A stretch of DNA of 63,754 nucleotides, filler included, from Octopus bimaculoides (Eukaryota): assembly GCF_001194135.2 (NCBI RefSeq). It is 5 parts of 5 records of this genome, joined end to end, with 100 filler letters (N's around TTAATTAATTAA, not from the genome) between each part and the next. Parts side by side here need not be neighbours in the genome. Positions count along the whole stretch, not along the records: positions 1 to 25,933 come from NC_068986.1; 4 more parts are not named here. One strand, written 5' to 3'. The stretch's first letter is position 1; every line of letters begins with the position of its first letter. The notes under the pieces are model-generated. The model searched no databases and had not been told where the DNA came from. It saw nothing but the letters and a program-made list of their open reading frames with translations. The translations under genes and the position numbers were made by a program. Shown here piece after piece: positions 1-13,617 of the stretch.

Positions 1-42
<42 letters not shown>

Positions 43-1069
43 CATAGATGCATGTCTGTATATGTTTATGTGCGTGTATGCGCGTGTGCGTGTGCCTCGT
101 GGGGTGTAGTGTAGTTTTATGCAAAATTGAAAATCAAGAAACCACAGTGCATTAAGAGGATCGCTCCATTATATATTTTATGCTTGTATCTATTTATATA
201 TTGATTCTGAAAGAAGTAATTCCAAAACTTAGTGTTATGGTTTTAATATATTGTTGCATCTTACGTAAGAAAGGAAATATATTGCATTAGAAATCAGTAG
301 CTTTTATAGGTAGCACTTATTAAAATAATAAAAAAATACACCATAACACTTGTGAACAAGACCGTTTATTGAAAGTAAATGAAAAAAATAAACTAAATAT
401 GAAAGGAAAATGGAATTTAAAGAAAAGAAAAATACAAGGCAGGATAATAATAATTCCAGTATAACAAGAAGCAACCAAAAATTGAATTAATGTAAGCATT
501 CTTAATACAATTCACATATTTGGGAAGTTAAAAATGATGCAGTTTATGTTAGTCTGGTTGTCAACCAATAAGGAAGTTACGAAATAAGATGTGGAATCTT
601 ATTTTGAATATCAACGTGTGTGTACAGCAAGCATAGTTATGAAAAATATTTGATGAGATTATTCAAAGAGGTGCTAAGAAATGTATTAAGTAAATGTAAG
701 TTATCTGACTGTATTGCATAGTTATTTAACATAATCAAAATATTCTGTAATCGAAGAGGTAAAATTTGCGGCAGATAAAACACCTACGTTTTGCAATGCC
801 CTTGAAGTAGCGCTAGTGATGTTAATGCAGGTTCTAACAGGGTTTTAATCTAGATAATGCCTTACCATAATGTTACGCGGTGGTGTGCACCGCTCGTTTA
901 CTATTTAAACGCTTATCGCTTTAGGCAGATCTCATTTATTTTGCTGTATAACATTCGAGAGAAATTTTCTTTGAAATGGACCTTGATGTTTGTTTTGACA
1001 TTATTCTTCATAACAGACGCTTGGAATGTCAATTCTTTTCATTTTCATTTTCATAAACATGCGCCCTTT

Positions 1070-1372
1070 TAAAGCCTATCTAGGTTCATGGGCCCGGTTT
1101 CCCGGTTTCCCGGTTTCTATGGTGTATGTTTTATCCCCAGCTGGACGGGACGCCAGTCCATCACAGCGTTACTCAAGAAACAGGAAGAAAGAGTGAGAGA
1201 AAGTTGGGGCGAAAGAGTACAACAGGGGTCGCCACCACCACCCTCCGGAGTCTCGTGGAGCTTTTAGGTGTTTTCGCTCAATAAACACTCACAACGCCCA
1301 GTCTGGGAATCGAAACCGCAATTTTCCGACCGCAATTTCGCTGCCCTAACCACTGGGCAGTTGCGCCTCCAC
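1070..1372 (-). mobile_element. tRNA-derived SINE, family C (head type 1 + tail X)
   Basis: Reverse strand reads GGAGGCGCAACTGCCCAGTGG (A box) ... GGTTTCGATTCCC (B box). The body matches copies at 23690 and 62606 and contains GGACTGGCGTCCCGTCCAG, which resembles a V-SINE domain from recall. Confidence 0.8.
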
Positions 1373-1559
1373 CTATATATANNNNNNNNNNNNNNNNNNN
1401 NNNNNNNNNNNNNNNNNNNNNNNNNNNNNNNNNNNNNNNNNNNNNNNNNNNNNNNNNNNNNNNNNNNNNNNNNNNNNNNNNNNNNNNNNNNNNNNNNNNN
1501 NNNNNNNNNNNNNNNNNNNNNNNNNNNNNNNNNNNNNNNNNNNNNNNNATATATAAAAT

Positions 1560-1604
<45 letters not shown>

Positions 1605-2082
1605 ATATATTCGTTTTGCAAGGATTTAATGTGAAATCGTGTGTTGAAGCAGATATTGTTGTATTTGGGGATGGTCATATTGCCAGTTTGCCAGTTTAGC
1701 CAATAAAAAACACACGCACTATATATTTGGTGCTAATTTGCTTCAGCTTTATTTTACATTACATCAATCGTACTTCGGCCAGAGTTCTTTCATCACACTT
1801 CTGTGACCTCATCAGTGGTCCTGTGCTTTCTTCTTTCCTATTTGTGTGTCTTTCCTTACTAACGATCAGCCATTTTCAAAAACTGCTCTTCTAGAAACAG
1901 CTACGATTTTGAGATTGATATTCGAATGTTGAATTCTTAATTAACAACCAATTATCAAAGCTTATAATGTGCAGAAAGAGACCTCGTGAGAGCTCTGACA
2001 GCAAGTTGCTGTCCGCTCTCACAGAATCTACCAGTGCAAACAAAACCGAGCTCTCTGACGAGTAAAACAATACTAATAATAA

Positions 2083-2292
2083 TTTCTACATAGGCACAAG
2101 GGCTGAACTTTTGAGGAAGGGGAAAGTCGATTACACGGACTCCAGTACGTACCTGGTACTTAATTTATCGAACCTGAAGCATGAAAAGCACAGTCGACCT
2201 GCGCGAAATTAAAACTCAGAAAGTATGGACGGACGAAATGCCGCTAAGCATTTTGCCCGGCGTGCTAACGATTCTGCCAGATTGCAGCCTTC
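2083..2292 (-). mobile_element. tRNA-derived SINE, family B
   Basis: Reverse complement of AGGC..GCTGGCAGAATCGTTAGCACGCCGGGCAAAATGCTTAGCGG..GAGTT..AATT..GGTCGACT, shared with copies at 38584, 39005 and 62120. Confidence 0.8.
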
Positions 2293-2293
<1 letters not shown>

Positions 2294-2373
<80 letters not shown>

Positions 2374-2410
2374 AATGATGATGATGATAATAATAATAAT
2401 AATAATAACA
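2294..2410. repeat. Compound (TAA)n/(TGA)n microsatellite
   Basis: Visible trinucleotide runs between two family B SINEs. Confidence 0.95.
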
Positions 2411-2419
2411 CTAATACTA

Positions 2420-2638
2420 GTGGTTTCAAATTTTTACCACAAGGACAGTAGTTTTAGGAGGGGGATGAGTCAATTACATCGACCCCAGTGATCAACTGGG
2501 ACTTATCTTATCGAGCTCGAAAGGTTGAAAGGCAAAGTCGATCTCGGCAGAATTTGAACTCGGCACGTAGCGACGAGCAAAATATACCGCTAAGCATTTC
2601 GCCCGGCGTGCTAACGTTTCTGCCAGTTCACCGCCTTT
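2420..2638 (-). mobile_element. tRNA-derived SINE, family B
   Basis: Same consensus as 2083-2292 (GAAAGGCAAAGTCGATCTCGGCAGAATTTGAACTC..GCTAAGCATTTCGCCCGGCGTGCTAACG); followed by (TAC)n. Confidence 0.82.
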
Positions 2639-2640
2639 CT

Positions 2641-2696
<56 letters not shown>

Positions 2697-4147
2697 ATAA
2701 TAATAATAATAATTGAGCAGGTAAAAAAGTGTTTCCTACGCTTTACAGAAGATACACACGTTTCAGAAAAAATGCAATAATTACATAAGTTTATAGAAAC
2801 AATACGCACTTCATCTCATTGGTGTCCCGGAAGAAATACAATAACAGATGTCAGAGCACCAAATATACACCTATGCAAATAATTAACAACTACGCATTAT
2901 GCAAGGGACAATTGCATATTAATGCAGAGGACAGAAAACAACATAATATGGAATTACGAACAATGCTATACCTCCTTCAGTTCCAAGTGATTACTACCAG
3001 AAAGAGAGGCGGGGAGAAAGAGAAAATGTAACTTAATAGGAAGAAAAAGGGGAAAGACACCGATCATACTGATAGAGGGTCATTAACCTCGGAATATTAA
3101 TCAACCTTAGGATGGTTTATGAATATACTTTTTAAAAATGTTTCATTAAGTGTTAGTGTTATTTAATATTTCTATCTTCAAAATATGATGCCTCACATCC
3201 TATAGAAGATAATAACTGAATTGATGAAGAATTAATGGAAGCACATTTTTAAAATGAAATAACTGAAATTTCGAAATATCTCAGTGATTGATATGCGTTA
3301 TGCTGACAAGTTAAATTTTGCTAAATACAAGCTGACATACAGAAACAAGACACATACACATACTCACACACATATACAAACAAGACACGTATACAAACAC
3401 ACATACATGCATACCCCACCCCACGCATATGGATATTTTTTCCACAACATGAGAAACAATTCCATTAAGTGACTTGTGTTTATTTACTCAGAAAACTCAC
3501 GAAACAGCACAGCCGTGGAAAGCACCATTCCGTAGGAGATATTCAACCTGATTATTCTTCCAAAATGACCCATTCAAGAAGAAGAATATTATTTAAAGAC
3601 ATCTTTAAAACAATACGCATAAATGTAGACTCAAAGTCACACACACAAGCACACAGAAACACACATGCACACACACATATATACATATGTTTATGTACAC
3701 ACAAACATATACACACACACATGCGCTCACACACACATATATACATATACATACATATATATGTATATACATGTATGTCTAGGGTTCTGGTAGGTTGTAA
3801 AGTTAGGGTTAGGGTTAGTACTCAACCCGAATACTGGGCTTTCAACACCATCGGGTTCCAGGCCAAAGGCCAAAAATCTCAGGTGTTGAAAATCCAACTT
3901 TCACGACGATCACACCATAAAGTGGGTTTGGCAAAGAATAAATAATCCAAATGATGAGAAGAAGACAACATTTGCGTCAAGTGGCGTTGCAAATAAAGTT
4001 GGTAGAGAGACAATTGTCACGAATCATTAAAGATGTATTAAAGAATTGTCTTTATCTTCTAATCATTTGTAAATATATATATTCACAAAAAAAAAGCAAA
4101 AGACGAAGACAGGTGGTGTAGACAACAAGCATGTATTAATTTAACGC

Positions 4148-4181
<34 letters not shown>

Positions 4182-4191
4182 CATATATATA

Positions 4192-4334
4192 TATAAACAA
4201 TATATGATTATATGCATATATATGTACATGTATGTATATACGTTCATCTACATGTACATATAGATACATCACTGGGTACATGACGTGGCAAAAGAACACG
4301 GACAAAATGGTAAACAGGGTGCAACAAACAAGCA
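4192..4334 (+). repeat. Dispersed repeat D (AT-rich leader + GGGTACATGACGTGGCAAAAGAAC core), copy 1
   Basis: Near-identical to 12513-12658. Related GGGTACAGGACATCA starts occur at about 26707 and 54220. Confidence 0.75.
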
Positions 4335-4908
4335 GGCCACACAGAAACATCCCCTTCATCAGCTGCCACCATTAAAACTCCTGCGTTTCGAATATATNNN
4401 NNNNNNNNNNNNNNNNNNNNNNNNNNNNNNNNNNNNNNNNNNNNNNNNNNNNNNNNNNNNNNNNNNNNNNNNNNNNNNNNNNNNNNNNNNNNNNNNNNNN
4501 NNNNNNNNNNNNNNNNNNNNNNNNNNNNNNNNNNNNNNNNNNNNNNNNNNNNNNNNNNNNNNNNNNNNNNNNNNNNNNNNNNNNNNNNNNNNNNNNNNNN
4601 NNNNNNNNNNNNNNNNNNNNNNNNNNNNNNNNNNNNNNNNNNNNNNNNNNNNNNNNNNNNNNNNNNNNNNNNNNNNNNNNNNNNNNNNNNNNNNNNNNNN
4701 NNNNNNNNNNNNNNNNNNNNNNNNNNNNNNNNNNNNNNNNNNNNNNNNNNNNNNNNNNNNNNNNNNNNNNNNNNNNNNNNNNNNNNNNNNNNNNNNNNNN
4801 NNNNNNNNNNNNNNNNNNNNNNNNNNNNNNNNNNNNNNNNNNNNNNNNNNNNNNNNNNNNNNNNNNNNNNNNNNNNNNNNNNNNNNNNNNNNNNNNNNNN
4901 NNNNNNNN

Positions 4909-4963
<55 letters not shown>

Positions 4964-5509
4964 GTACAAATATTCAAACATATGTACATATTCACCGGAG
5001 ATCTTTAGATTAGATGTGATATATTCTCACAGACCATAGATTATGGGATCTTAATTTGATATTTACTAAGGTAAGTACCTACAATTTAATATGATACTAT
5101 TTAACGAAGATTATTGTATCCAGATAAAGTGAGGAGTAGAAAATTACAAAATTAGTACGCTTTTAAATATTCGATTTGATTTGAAAAAAATTTAATAACA
5201 TTAACTGAAATTTTCATCAGCATTTATTCTGTTTTTCATGTATCATTTCCTTTCTTGATGCTTTATTTATAAATTTTTGAATTTCAATTTGTATATTTAA
5301 TTATAAATGTAATTCGATTTTAAATATCTGAAAATTTTTCGTTCACTAAATTAGATCGAAAATGACATCTTTGGAAATTGACATCCGGTTTGAAAATGCA
5401 CTCAATACTCCGAGATATGACCGCTCATTGAGATAAAGAGAAAGATGTAGGGCACGCGATATTTTCTCTACCATGTGAGAGTGAGCTCAGTATTATTTGT
5501 ATTAGTGAG

Positions 5510-5860
5510 CAATGGAATAACTTGACGAGCTGGCACATCTGTTAGAATGTCAGTCAAAATGCCCTGCAGATTTCTTGTGACGTTTTGCATTTTAGGTTCC
5601 ATTTCCGCCAGGGTCTAAGATATCTCTCTTAACTAAAACAATCTGCTGGTTTTGTACCAAAATTTAAAACCAGCATGGGAAACATGCTGACAATATCGTG
5701 AATGCATTGGGAAAAAAAAATGCTTGGTACAATTTCTTCCAGTACTTCCAGTTGTGAGGTCTGATTCCACTGAGGTCGACTTTGTAACAGTAATCTACTG
5801 AAATCGATGTAATCTACTGAAATCGATGTAATCTACTTGTCGTACCCTCTAAAAGTTGAC
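5510..5860 (+). mobile_element. Two degenerate family B SINE remnants
   Basis: GACGAGCTGGCAC..GTTAG..AAATG and AAATGCTTGG..GAGGTCGACTTTG motifs. Also contains a local 19-bp tandem duplication (GTAATCTACTGAAATCGAT). Confidence 0.5.
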
Positions 5861-6866
5861 GGCATTGTACCAATATTTGAAACCTCTATTAGGAAGCAAA
5901 TAATATTGGTTTAAAAAAAAATAGATTAAGGTTATTTTTTAGTAGGAGGACACCTATGACTGAGGGGGACATAATGGAAATTATTCCAACCGCTGAAACC
6001 CCGTCTACTTGGGTTACGTAGAACTACGTCTCCTAAATCAGAGTTGGAGAATCTGCGACTTTCGAGGCCATTGTGTGCGGCCTTCTGAACGCTACCAGAT
6101 TACGTCGGTGAAATTTCTTATTTTTATTAATAATTTACCGGTTAGACCTAAAATGAACATACTGTAAATACTATGTGAGTAAGAGACGATTAGTGATGCT
6201 ACTTTTCTTGGCATGACATAATTAAGAAAGTCATAAGAACTGTTTTGACGTTTAATAAGTTCATTAGTTAGCTCCAATGTAACTCTAAAATATGTTGACC
6301 TGCGTTAACTCCCGCGCCTTGCTGGTATTACTACCGCTCTAAATGTCATAAAACGATGAAATGCTTTCAAACAAAAGAATAGTAACATATTAGTCATTGA
6401 AAGCTGAGTTACGATTAGAATTAAGTATTTTAAAAATATTTTTCAAATTAGATATTACTCTTTAGTACTATGATTCATTAGAAAATATGGATTTAAAATA
6501 TAATAACGAAATTTTCTGTTGCGGCCTTGTTAGATTACAATTAAAGTCAATGCGGCCTCCCGACTTAAAAAAAAATTCACTTTCTCTGTCCTAAAAGTTT
6601 TTTCTTCTGTAAAGTAGCAGGTTAGCAAGTTTAGTAGCCTAATGAAACGAACCTCTCTCGTGAAGCACGAAAAAGGGGATATATATAAGTGCATATTTAT
6701 ACATACATACATACATACAACATACATACATACGTACGTACATACATACATACATGCATACATACATGCATACATACATATATACATACATATACACACA
6801 TACATACTTATTTACATACGAACATACATACATACATAATGCATACATGCTTATACACACGGACAT

Positions 6867-6912
<46 letters not shown>

Positions 6913-7030
6913 CATCCACAGACACATGCACAATTTCCAATGCAACACTCAACCAGAATTTTAGTCTATTTACACTCTTGGAATATCATCGTAAGAAATA
7001 CAGTTCTATATTTAAGAGATGAGGAATTAT

Positions 7031-7195
7031 GTACATTATTTACATTATTTACAATTGACAGATATTTGTCCTCATCTTGTGTGTTGTAAACACAGCATTT
7101 CGGCTGAAGGCTGGAGGGTATATCAGCCGAAACGTTGTTTTAACAACAAACAAGATGAGGACAAATATCCATCAATTGTAAATAATGTAAATAAT
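7031..7195. mobile_element. Palindromic (foldback/MITE-like) element
   Basis: Arms of about 70 bp (ATTATTTACATTATTTACAATTGACAGATATTTGTCCTCATCTTG..TTTCGGCTGA and its reverse complement) around a loop of about 15 bp. The right half recurs at 58892-58978. Confidence 0.8.
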
Positions 7196-8787
7196 AGTCG
7201 TAAGAATGTATGAACTTTTTCACATGTAGAAAAACCTTGGTGTCAAAATGTTAAACGCATTGTGCGGAGACTAAAATATGATCCAAAGAAGACGATAAAG
7301 AAAGAATTACAATCTTCAAGGGCCACTTACAATTGTTTCTGTAACTATTCCGATTTCAACGCCAACATACGCAAAAGTTAGATGTGAAATCTTTCGTAAT
7401 ATTTCCTGTTTTAAACATTAGAGGGACATTCCTTCAAATTTGCAGTCAAATTTGATGTTTAGTGGTAACCGATCATTAAAATGTGATAAACACTTTCTTT
7501 GTCTTCGTAATATCATATATATATATACATACGCACCTATACACACATATACTCACACACATATAGTCAACCTTACAGATACACACGCAGCCACACAAAG
7601 CATGTGGCTACATTTTGCATGTTGTAGATATTACTATTATTTAAAACCCAGATCACTTATGACAAGCAGAGTATATATCAAAAGCCTTCAAACAATGAAT
7701 ATTCGATCGATAAATAGGTATGTAGGAAGGTCTACATTATCTAATGTGTCGTTCCCTTTTGGTAGACGTTTGTGTATGTTTCCAAGCAGATTTGCCTGCT
7801 AATTCTTGTAAGTCGAGTGATCGCGTACCATCTGCTTCAATGGCTTCTTTTTATATTTTTCTTTTCGTATTGTTAAAGAAACGCAGAAAGGTACATATAC
7901 GGGGGAATATAAAAGAAAGAAGGAAAATATTGAAGACAGTTCGTGCAACAAAAGCTAGTTTCATTTGTAAGACCCAATCTTATTAACATAATCTTGAATA
8001 TTCCATTTACTTACTATTTTATTATATGTTGTATAGATAAGAAATGAAACCTTCATCAAATGACAATGGTACACTAAGAAATCTTATGAGATATACGGAG
8101 TTCTGTTCAAGCGGATTTGGGATTAGTGAGTGCAGATGATATAATGACATTGTTATTTTCCCCATATTTTAACATGTTCTTGTTTTAATTCTCCATAAGT
8201 GTGATATACCACTGAACACTGAATGATTCCAAAAGCAAATTTCCTTCTCGGATGCAAATTCAATTTTCCACAAATAATACAGGATATTCAACAGGATAAC
8301 ATTTTGAAATGATAGTACGCAATATTGTCAATAATCTGCTTGCCGTTGAAACTGTTGGCCAAATTTATTTTTTAATAACTAACGAATATCATACAGAAAA
8401 ATTCAAATAAAACATATTTTATAAATTAAAAAGAATACATCATTAATTTGCTTCTCTCCGAATCATTTAAAATGATTATTATTATGTTTTTTGTAAAAAA
8501 TTAATTCGATATGATGAATAGATCCTGTTGATTATTCAATGTTATTTACATAAAAAATGCGTTTATGATTTTAATTCCATACATTAGAAAAAATAATCCT
8601 AACAAATTCTGAATTTTGTCTGAATTAAAACCAATGATTACAACGTATTCAGCTCTATCATCAACGTATGCAATATAAATTAAAAAATACCTAACAATAT
8701 ATAGACACACGCACACATGCAGTCCGAGAATATTTATGTATGTCTCTGTAAGCCTTTTCTCGCGGTTAGTCTGGATATCTGTCGCCC

Positions 8788-8850
8788 ATGTATGTATGTA
8801 TGTATGTATGTATGTATGTATGTATGTATGTATGTATGTATGTATGTATG
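8788..8850. repeat. (TATG)n tetranucleotide microsatellite
   Basis: Directly visible; one of many (TATG/CATA)n, (TA)n, (CA)n, (GA)n and (TCTA)n arrays in the window. Confidence 0.95.
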
Positions 8851-11800
8851 TATGTGTGTGTATGTATGTATGCATATATGTCTGAATATATGTATTTATA
8901 TGTTTGTATGTATGTATGTCTATATTTATATATAATGTACATATATATGTGTGTGTATATATACATGTGTTTACACATATATATGTGCATCTATATATAT
9001 ATGTATGTATCTTTCCATATGTTATTTTGTGTATGTGTGTAGGTGTGTATACCTATTAATGTAAATCATTTACTGAGCAAAGAAATGAAATGCTATAAAT
9101 GTGTGTTCATGACTGTATGGAAATTCAAACTTCTACACACATCCTCGCAAACAACTTTCGCAATGAATTCCATCAGGTACGCTCCTGAACACAACGTTAT
9201 ATATACACACGTGAACAGTAAAATAGTAAAACATATTTCACGAATAAACAGTTTCAATAATTTACAGATGAAATCTAAATTATATATTAAAATCGGCTTT
9301 ATTAATGTCATACAATGCAATTGATATATAGATTGAAATTAGATTAAAACCTTTTGTTAATTAATTTATGAAGCTATTAATTTTTTCTCTATGTGTTCAA
9401 TTTAAATATTAATGCGATTGGATAGAGAAAATATTTCAATAATGAGAGTGAAATGAAGCTCAAAATGCTATCATTTCGATAAAGATAACGGAAGTATTTT
9501 AATGTTTGATACATCCTTTGCTCTGTTTTATGAATAGGCAATTTCATATAATAAAATAGAAAATTTTAAAATTTTAAAAAATAAACCATAAAATAAGGAA
9601 ATATTACTGGTTGACTGATCATACATATGTTAAATGTTGTGGAATGGAAACTCAGTGATACAATAATTTCAATGCTTATGTTTATCGCCTTAATGAGTGT
9701 GTGCAAAATGTTGTGTAGGAAAGTAAATATTTAATATCAAATGTATTTCTTTATTAACACATTGTAAATATTACATTTGCCTTAGAAGTTAAAGATAGAA
9801 TTATGGTTGACGGAGGGGAGTGTTGGATCCTATGTCATTTAGCATTTGGATCAGTCTGTTCTGACCTTGTTAACTATCGCTTTGAGACAAAAACAGTTGT
9901 TAATCATCACCTTCACAAATAATCGTGCTTATCTCTGTGTACTAATTTCCCCAAACGCAATATCCATAGAGTCAAATCGTCATAGTATATATGTAACCAG
10001 AAGTAACTGGTAGTTCATATCAGTTACTAGTTCTTACATCTATATTATACCATCAGCTCCTTGTCTTTTCCGTTCTGTCTATGAAATAATTTCCAGTCAC
10101 ATATAGAGGAACGATTCATGCGACTAGAACCACCCGCTTCAGAAATTTGATTCAAAATTTCTTCCTTTTTAAACCTTAGAAAAGACGTAAGATACTGTGT
10201 AACATGTAAACATCCTATCAAAAGATTTCAGTTTCAACGCTTAATAGAAATCATTGTATCGCATTTAAGCTACCAAAATTGTTACAAAGTTAATTACTTG
10301 AGATTTCCTATGTATAGAAATGTTCAATGATATTTGAAAAGGACTAATTGAATTCAAAATACAGTGTTTGTAAACAAAACTTAATGATGCGAATTTAGAT
10401 ATCCGGCGAAAAGTAACACACTACTCGTAACACACAGAGCTGTGGTCACAATGTAAAGAAGCAACATGCATCACTGTGTGGTATTTAACATAAAGTATGC
10501 TGCTGATAAATGCCGCGAACTATTAGAATTTATGTATTATACTATGCGAAAGGATTAATTACATAAATTAAGAACTAGCGATGTAGATAATCTGATTGAA
10601 ATGATTATCTCCATCTTTTCGGAAAATATTTGCCTTGTGACTATTGAACTGAAATCAATAATGAATCTGAAACTTTTTGAATTTATGACAAAAAGAGTCT
10701 GTATCTCTTTTTGTGTTTTATATCTCACATCAGGTGAGTGCTAATCAATTATACATATTTCCAAACGTGGTACAATCATGACATGGTGGCTTGGAGACAA
10801 AATATATCTAGGACACCATTATCGAATGTCTCCTTCACATTAGAAAAAGAACTTGTTTCAAATGATGGAAATTTGGTTCATTTTTCTAACAGTTTGAGGG
10901 ACCATTTAGAGGTATTTCACATGGACGCCTTCAGCAACGTGCGTTTTTGGTTTGTAACTGACATCAACTTTGATACCAACTTTGACACCAGTTTCAAGTC
11001 AGAATACTTTCAACACTACATAGTAATGCTTACTTCTCGCTTGTGATAAACATGAGGTTAACAGCAATTACGAACCACGATAGTCTCTATTTAATTAATA
11101 GCTTTGCTGCACAACCAAATATTTGTCACTTACATCTTTGAGAAAGGCCAACTTACTTCTCGTTCCCATTAATATTGGTTCTACTTGTCTGTTCTGTTTT
11201 GGTTTTATTTGGTTAATAGTATTGTGACAGCTAGTGTTATATTTCTTGGCAATAGCCACAGTGTAGCACCGGTAGCATTATACACATTGTCGAGTGGACC
11301 AGCTGGGTTCCTTTGTATTCAAAATAGAATGGGTGGTGTGAGGGGTGGAGATCTCACCTACTAAGATACACAATGTAAAAGACTCCCATTCATGAATACC
11401 ATAGAATGAGTAAACAAACTAGCGTTTGATTATCTACGAAAGTATAAGATTGCGTCTTTAGAATAAACCTTGCAGTTTTGTCATTAATAATAAAGAAAAA
11501 TCGAGATTGTATGAATGGCCACAAGGCTATAGTACCAAATTAACCATTCTCTTCTGTCAAGAACGAATCAACTTTGTTGAACGGGTGAAAATATATTATG
11601 TTTAAATAATTAAATGTGTTTCAATGTGAAATGCCTTCGGCCATACTGCTTATCACATTGACCATTACCTTTCCAATTGAATTCGAACATTTTCCTTTTT
11701 TCTTCTCTCTTTCTATCGATCTATCAATCTTTCCTACTCTCTCGCTCTCTACCTCATTCTTTCTCTGTAGCATGTGTATGCTCGTGTATAACTTTCTCTG

Positions 11801-12512
11801 TGCGTAGGTGTGTGAGTAAACACAATACATGAAAATAACAAACTTTGACAAGCGGCAAGATCGATCTCTGCTAAAATACTCATGTTATCAAATTCAATTA
11901 CTCTGATATATACAAGACAGGATGCTAATACAATATTCATCCACACAACCATGTAAGATAATTGGGTTTGCATGAATGTTACTAATACGTCAATATTCTC
12001 TATCATCGAGGCCTTCATTCTATTATTTGCTACACAAGCAATTAGTAGCCAGGAGGCTGTAGTAAGTTGAATACAGATACCAAATAACAAAAGAAAGGAA
12101 AGACAAAATTATAAAAACAAAATCAAGAAGCAACGGGCAATAAGGAGAAGAGATTCAAACACCCGTGCAAAATTAATTGTATTCCCCACATAGAGTTTTT
12201 ACATACTGTGAATACAGATAGAAGCAATCCAGTTATAGAGACGAAGTAACACATAATGTATATGAATATTTACACCAGTTTAGCTACCTCACATTTTCAC
12301 ACACTCACACTTCAGTTTCCTCGCGCCTACACACATTCCCAAGCACACAAATACACACAGACACGCACAAACACACACACACACGCACACACATATATGT
12401 GTGGTGCGATTATGTATGTATAATTGCTTACATATGTGTGTATGAATGTATGTATGTATGTATGTATGTATGTATGTATGTATGTATGTATGTATATATA
12501 TATATATATATA

Positions 12513-12830
12513 TATATAAACAATATATGAGTATATGCATATATATATACATGTATGTACATACCTTCATCTACATGTACATATAGATACATAACTGGGT
12601 ACATGACGTGGCAAAAGAACATGGACAAAATGATAAATAGGGTACAACAAACAAGCAAAAAGGCTGTACAGCCAGACGTGAAGTGTGTATGTATTGAATG
12701 CTGTGAAGCACGAACAGGAGGGGCAAAGAAGTACGTGCGAGCTTGGGGAGTCCAAGAACGAAAAGAAATAGCAGCCGGACACACGTGACCAAGGCTGTGT
12801 GAAGAGAAAGAGTAACATGAGCAAAAGAAG
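12513..12830 (+). repeat. Dispersed repeat D, copy 2 (longer)
   Basis: 12513-12658 matches 4192-4334, then continues into a GC-richer body ending in GA/TAG microsatellites. Confidence 0.7.
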
Positions 12831-13077
12831 GGAAGGAAGTAGAATAAAAGTGAGCAACGAGAGGTAGAGAGAGAGAGAGAGAGAGAGAGAGATAGTAGTA
12901 GTAGTAACGGTGAGAGGCGAAGGACGAGTAACAAGAGATAGAGAGAGAGATAGTAGTGACAGGTAGAGGCGAAGAACAGTAGAGGGAAGAATGAGAGGGG
13001 GAGATAGATATAGAGATAGAAAGAGTCACGTTAGAAAAATAGTTAAAACTTACTGTACATATATATATATATATATA

Positions 13078-13617
13078 TACAGTGTGTCCCAAAGATACCT
13101 GAAGGTTTTCAATTTTTAATAACATCCTTAACGTTATAAATAACTGCATGGAGTTTTGATCCAGTATACAGGACATAATGCAAATTAATATGCAGAAGTC
13201 AGATTTTGCAACACCACTATATCACATATGAAAAATGACGTCACTTGAATGACAGCCATTTTTGGCTTTGCATGCCCGTGCTTTTTCCAAAACATGTACC
13301 ATAACACCCTCAAGATTTTCAGACCCCACTTCTCTGATTTCTGTTGTGATGTTCTCTTCCAATTGCACCAGAGTCCCCGGTTTGTTTACATAAACCCCCT
13401 GTTTCAGGCATCCCCACAAGAAAGAGTCCGGGCTGGTCAGGTTAGGGGACCATGAAGGCCAGTTGTCATAGCCGTAGCGGGAGATTATTCTCTCCCCAAG
13501 TACTACTGTAGCAACTACATTGTCTCTCTTGCGGTATGAGAAATTGCCCCATCTTGCTGGAACCATGTGTGAGGTAGGTCTACTTTGAATGGCCGGGTTG
13601 CAAAAAGAGTTCAGTCA
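13078..13617 (-). mobile_element. Tc1/mariner-superfamily transposon 3' fragment (DDxD type, maT/rosa-like) with terminal repeat
   Basis: Minus strand reads WFQQDGAISHTARETM*..GERIISR..WPSWSPNLTSPDSFLWGCLKQGVYVNKP (FQQDGA and WPxxSPDL motifs). The end is TA-CAGTGTGTCCC inside a (TA)n run. Confidence 0.88.

Noticed and set aside
3803-3818. TTAGGG repeats as an interstitial telomere
   Set aside because: Only about 2.7 units; too short to distinguish from chance or a repeat-internal motif.
11205-11310. Minus-strand segment NPAGPLDNVYNATGATLWLLPRNITLAVTILLTK* resembling a GPI-anchor signal
   Set aside because: The acceptor is weak (AAAG, poor pyrimidine tract) and there is no demonstrable link to upstream exons.
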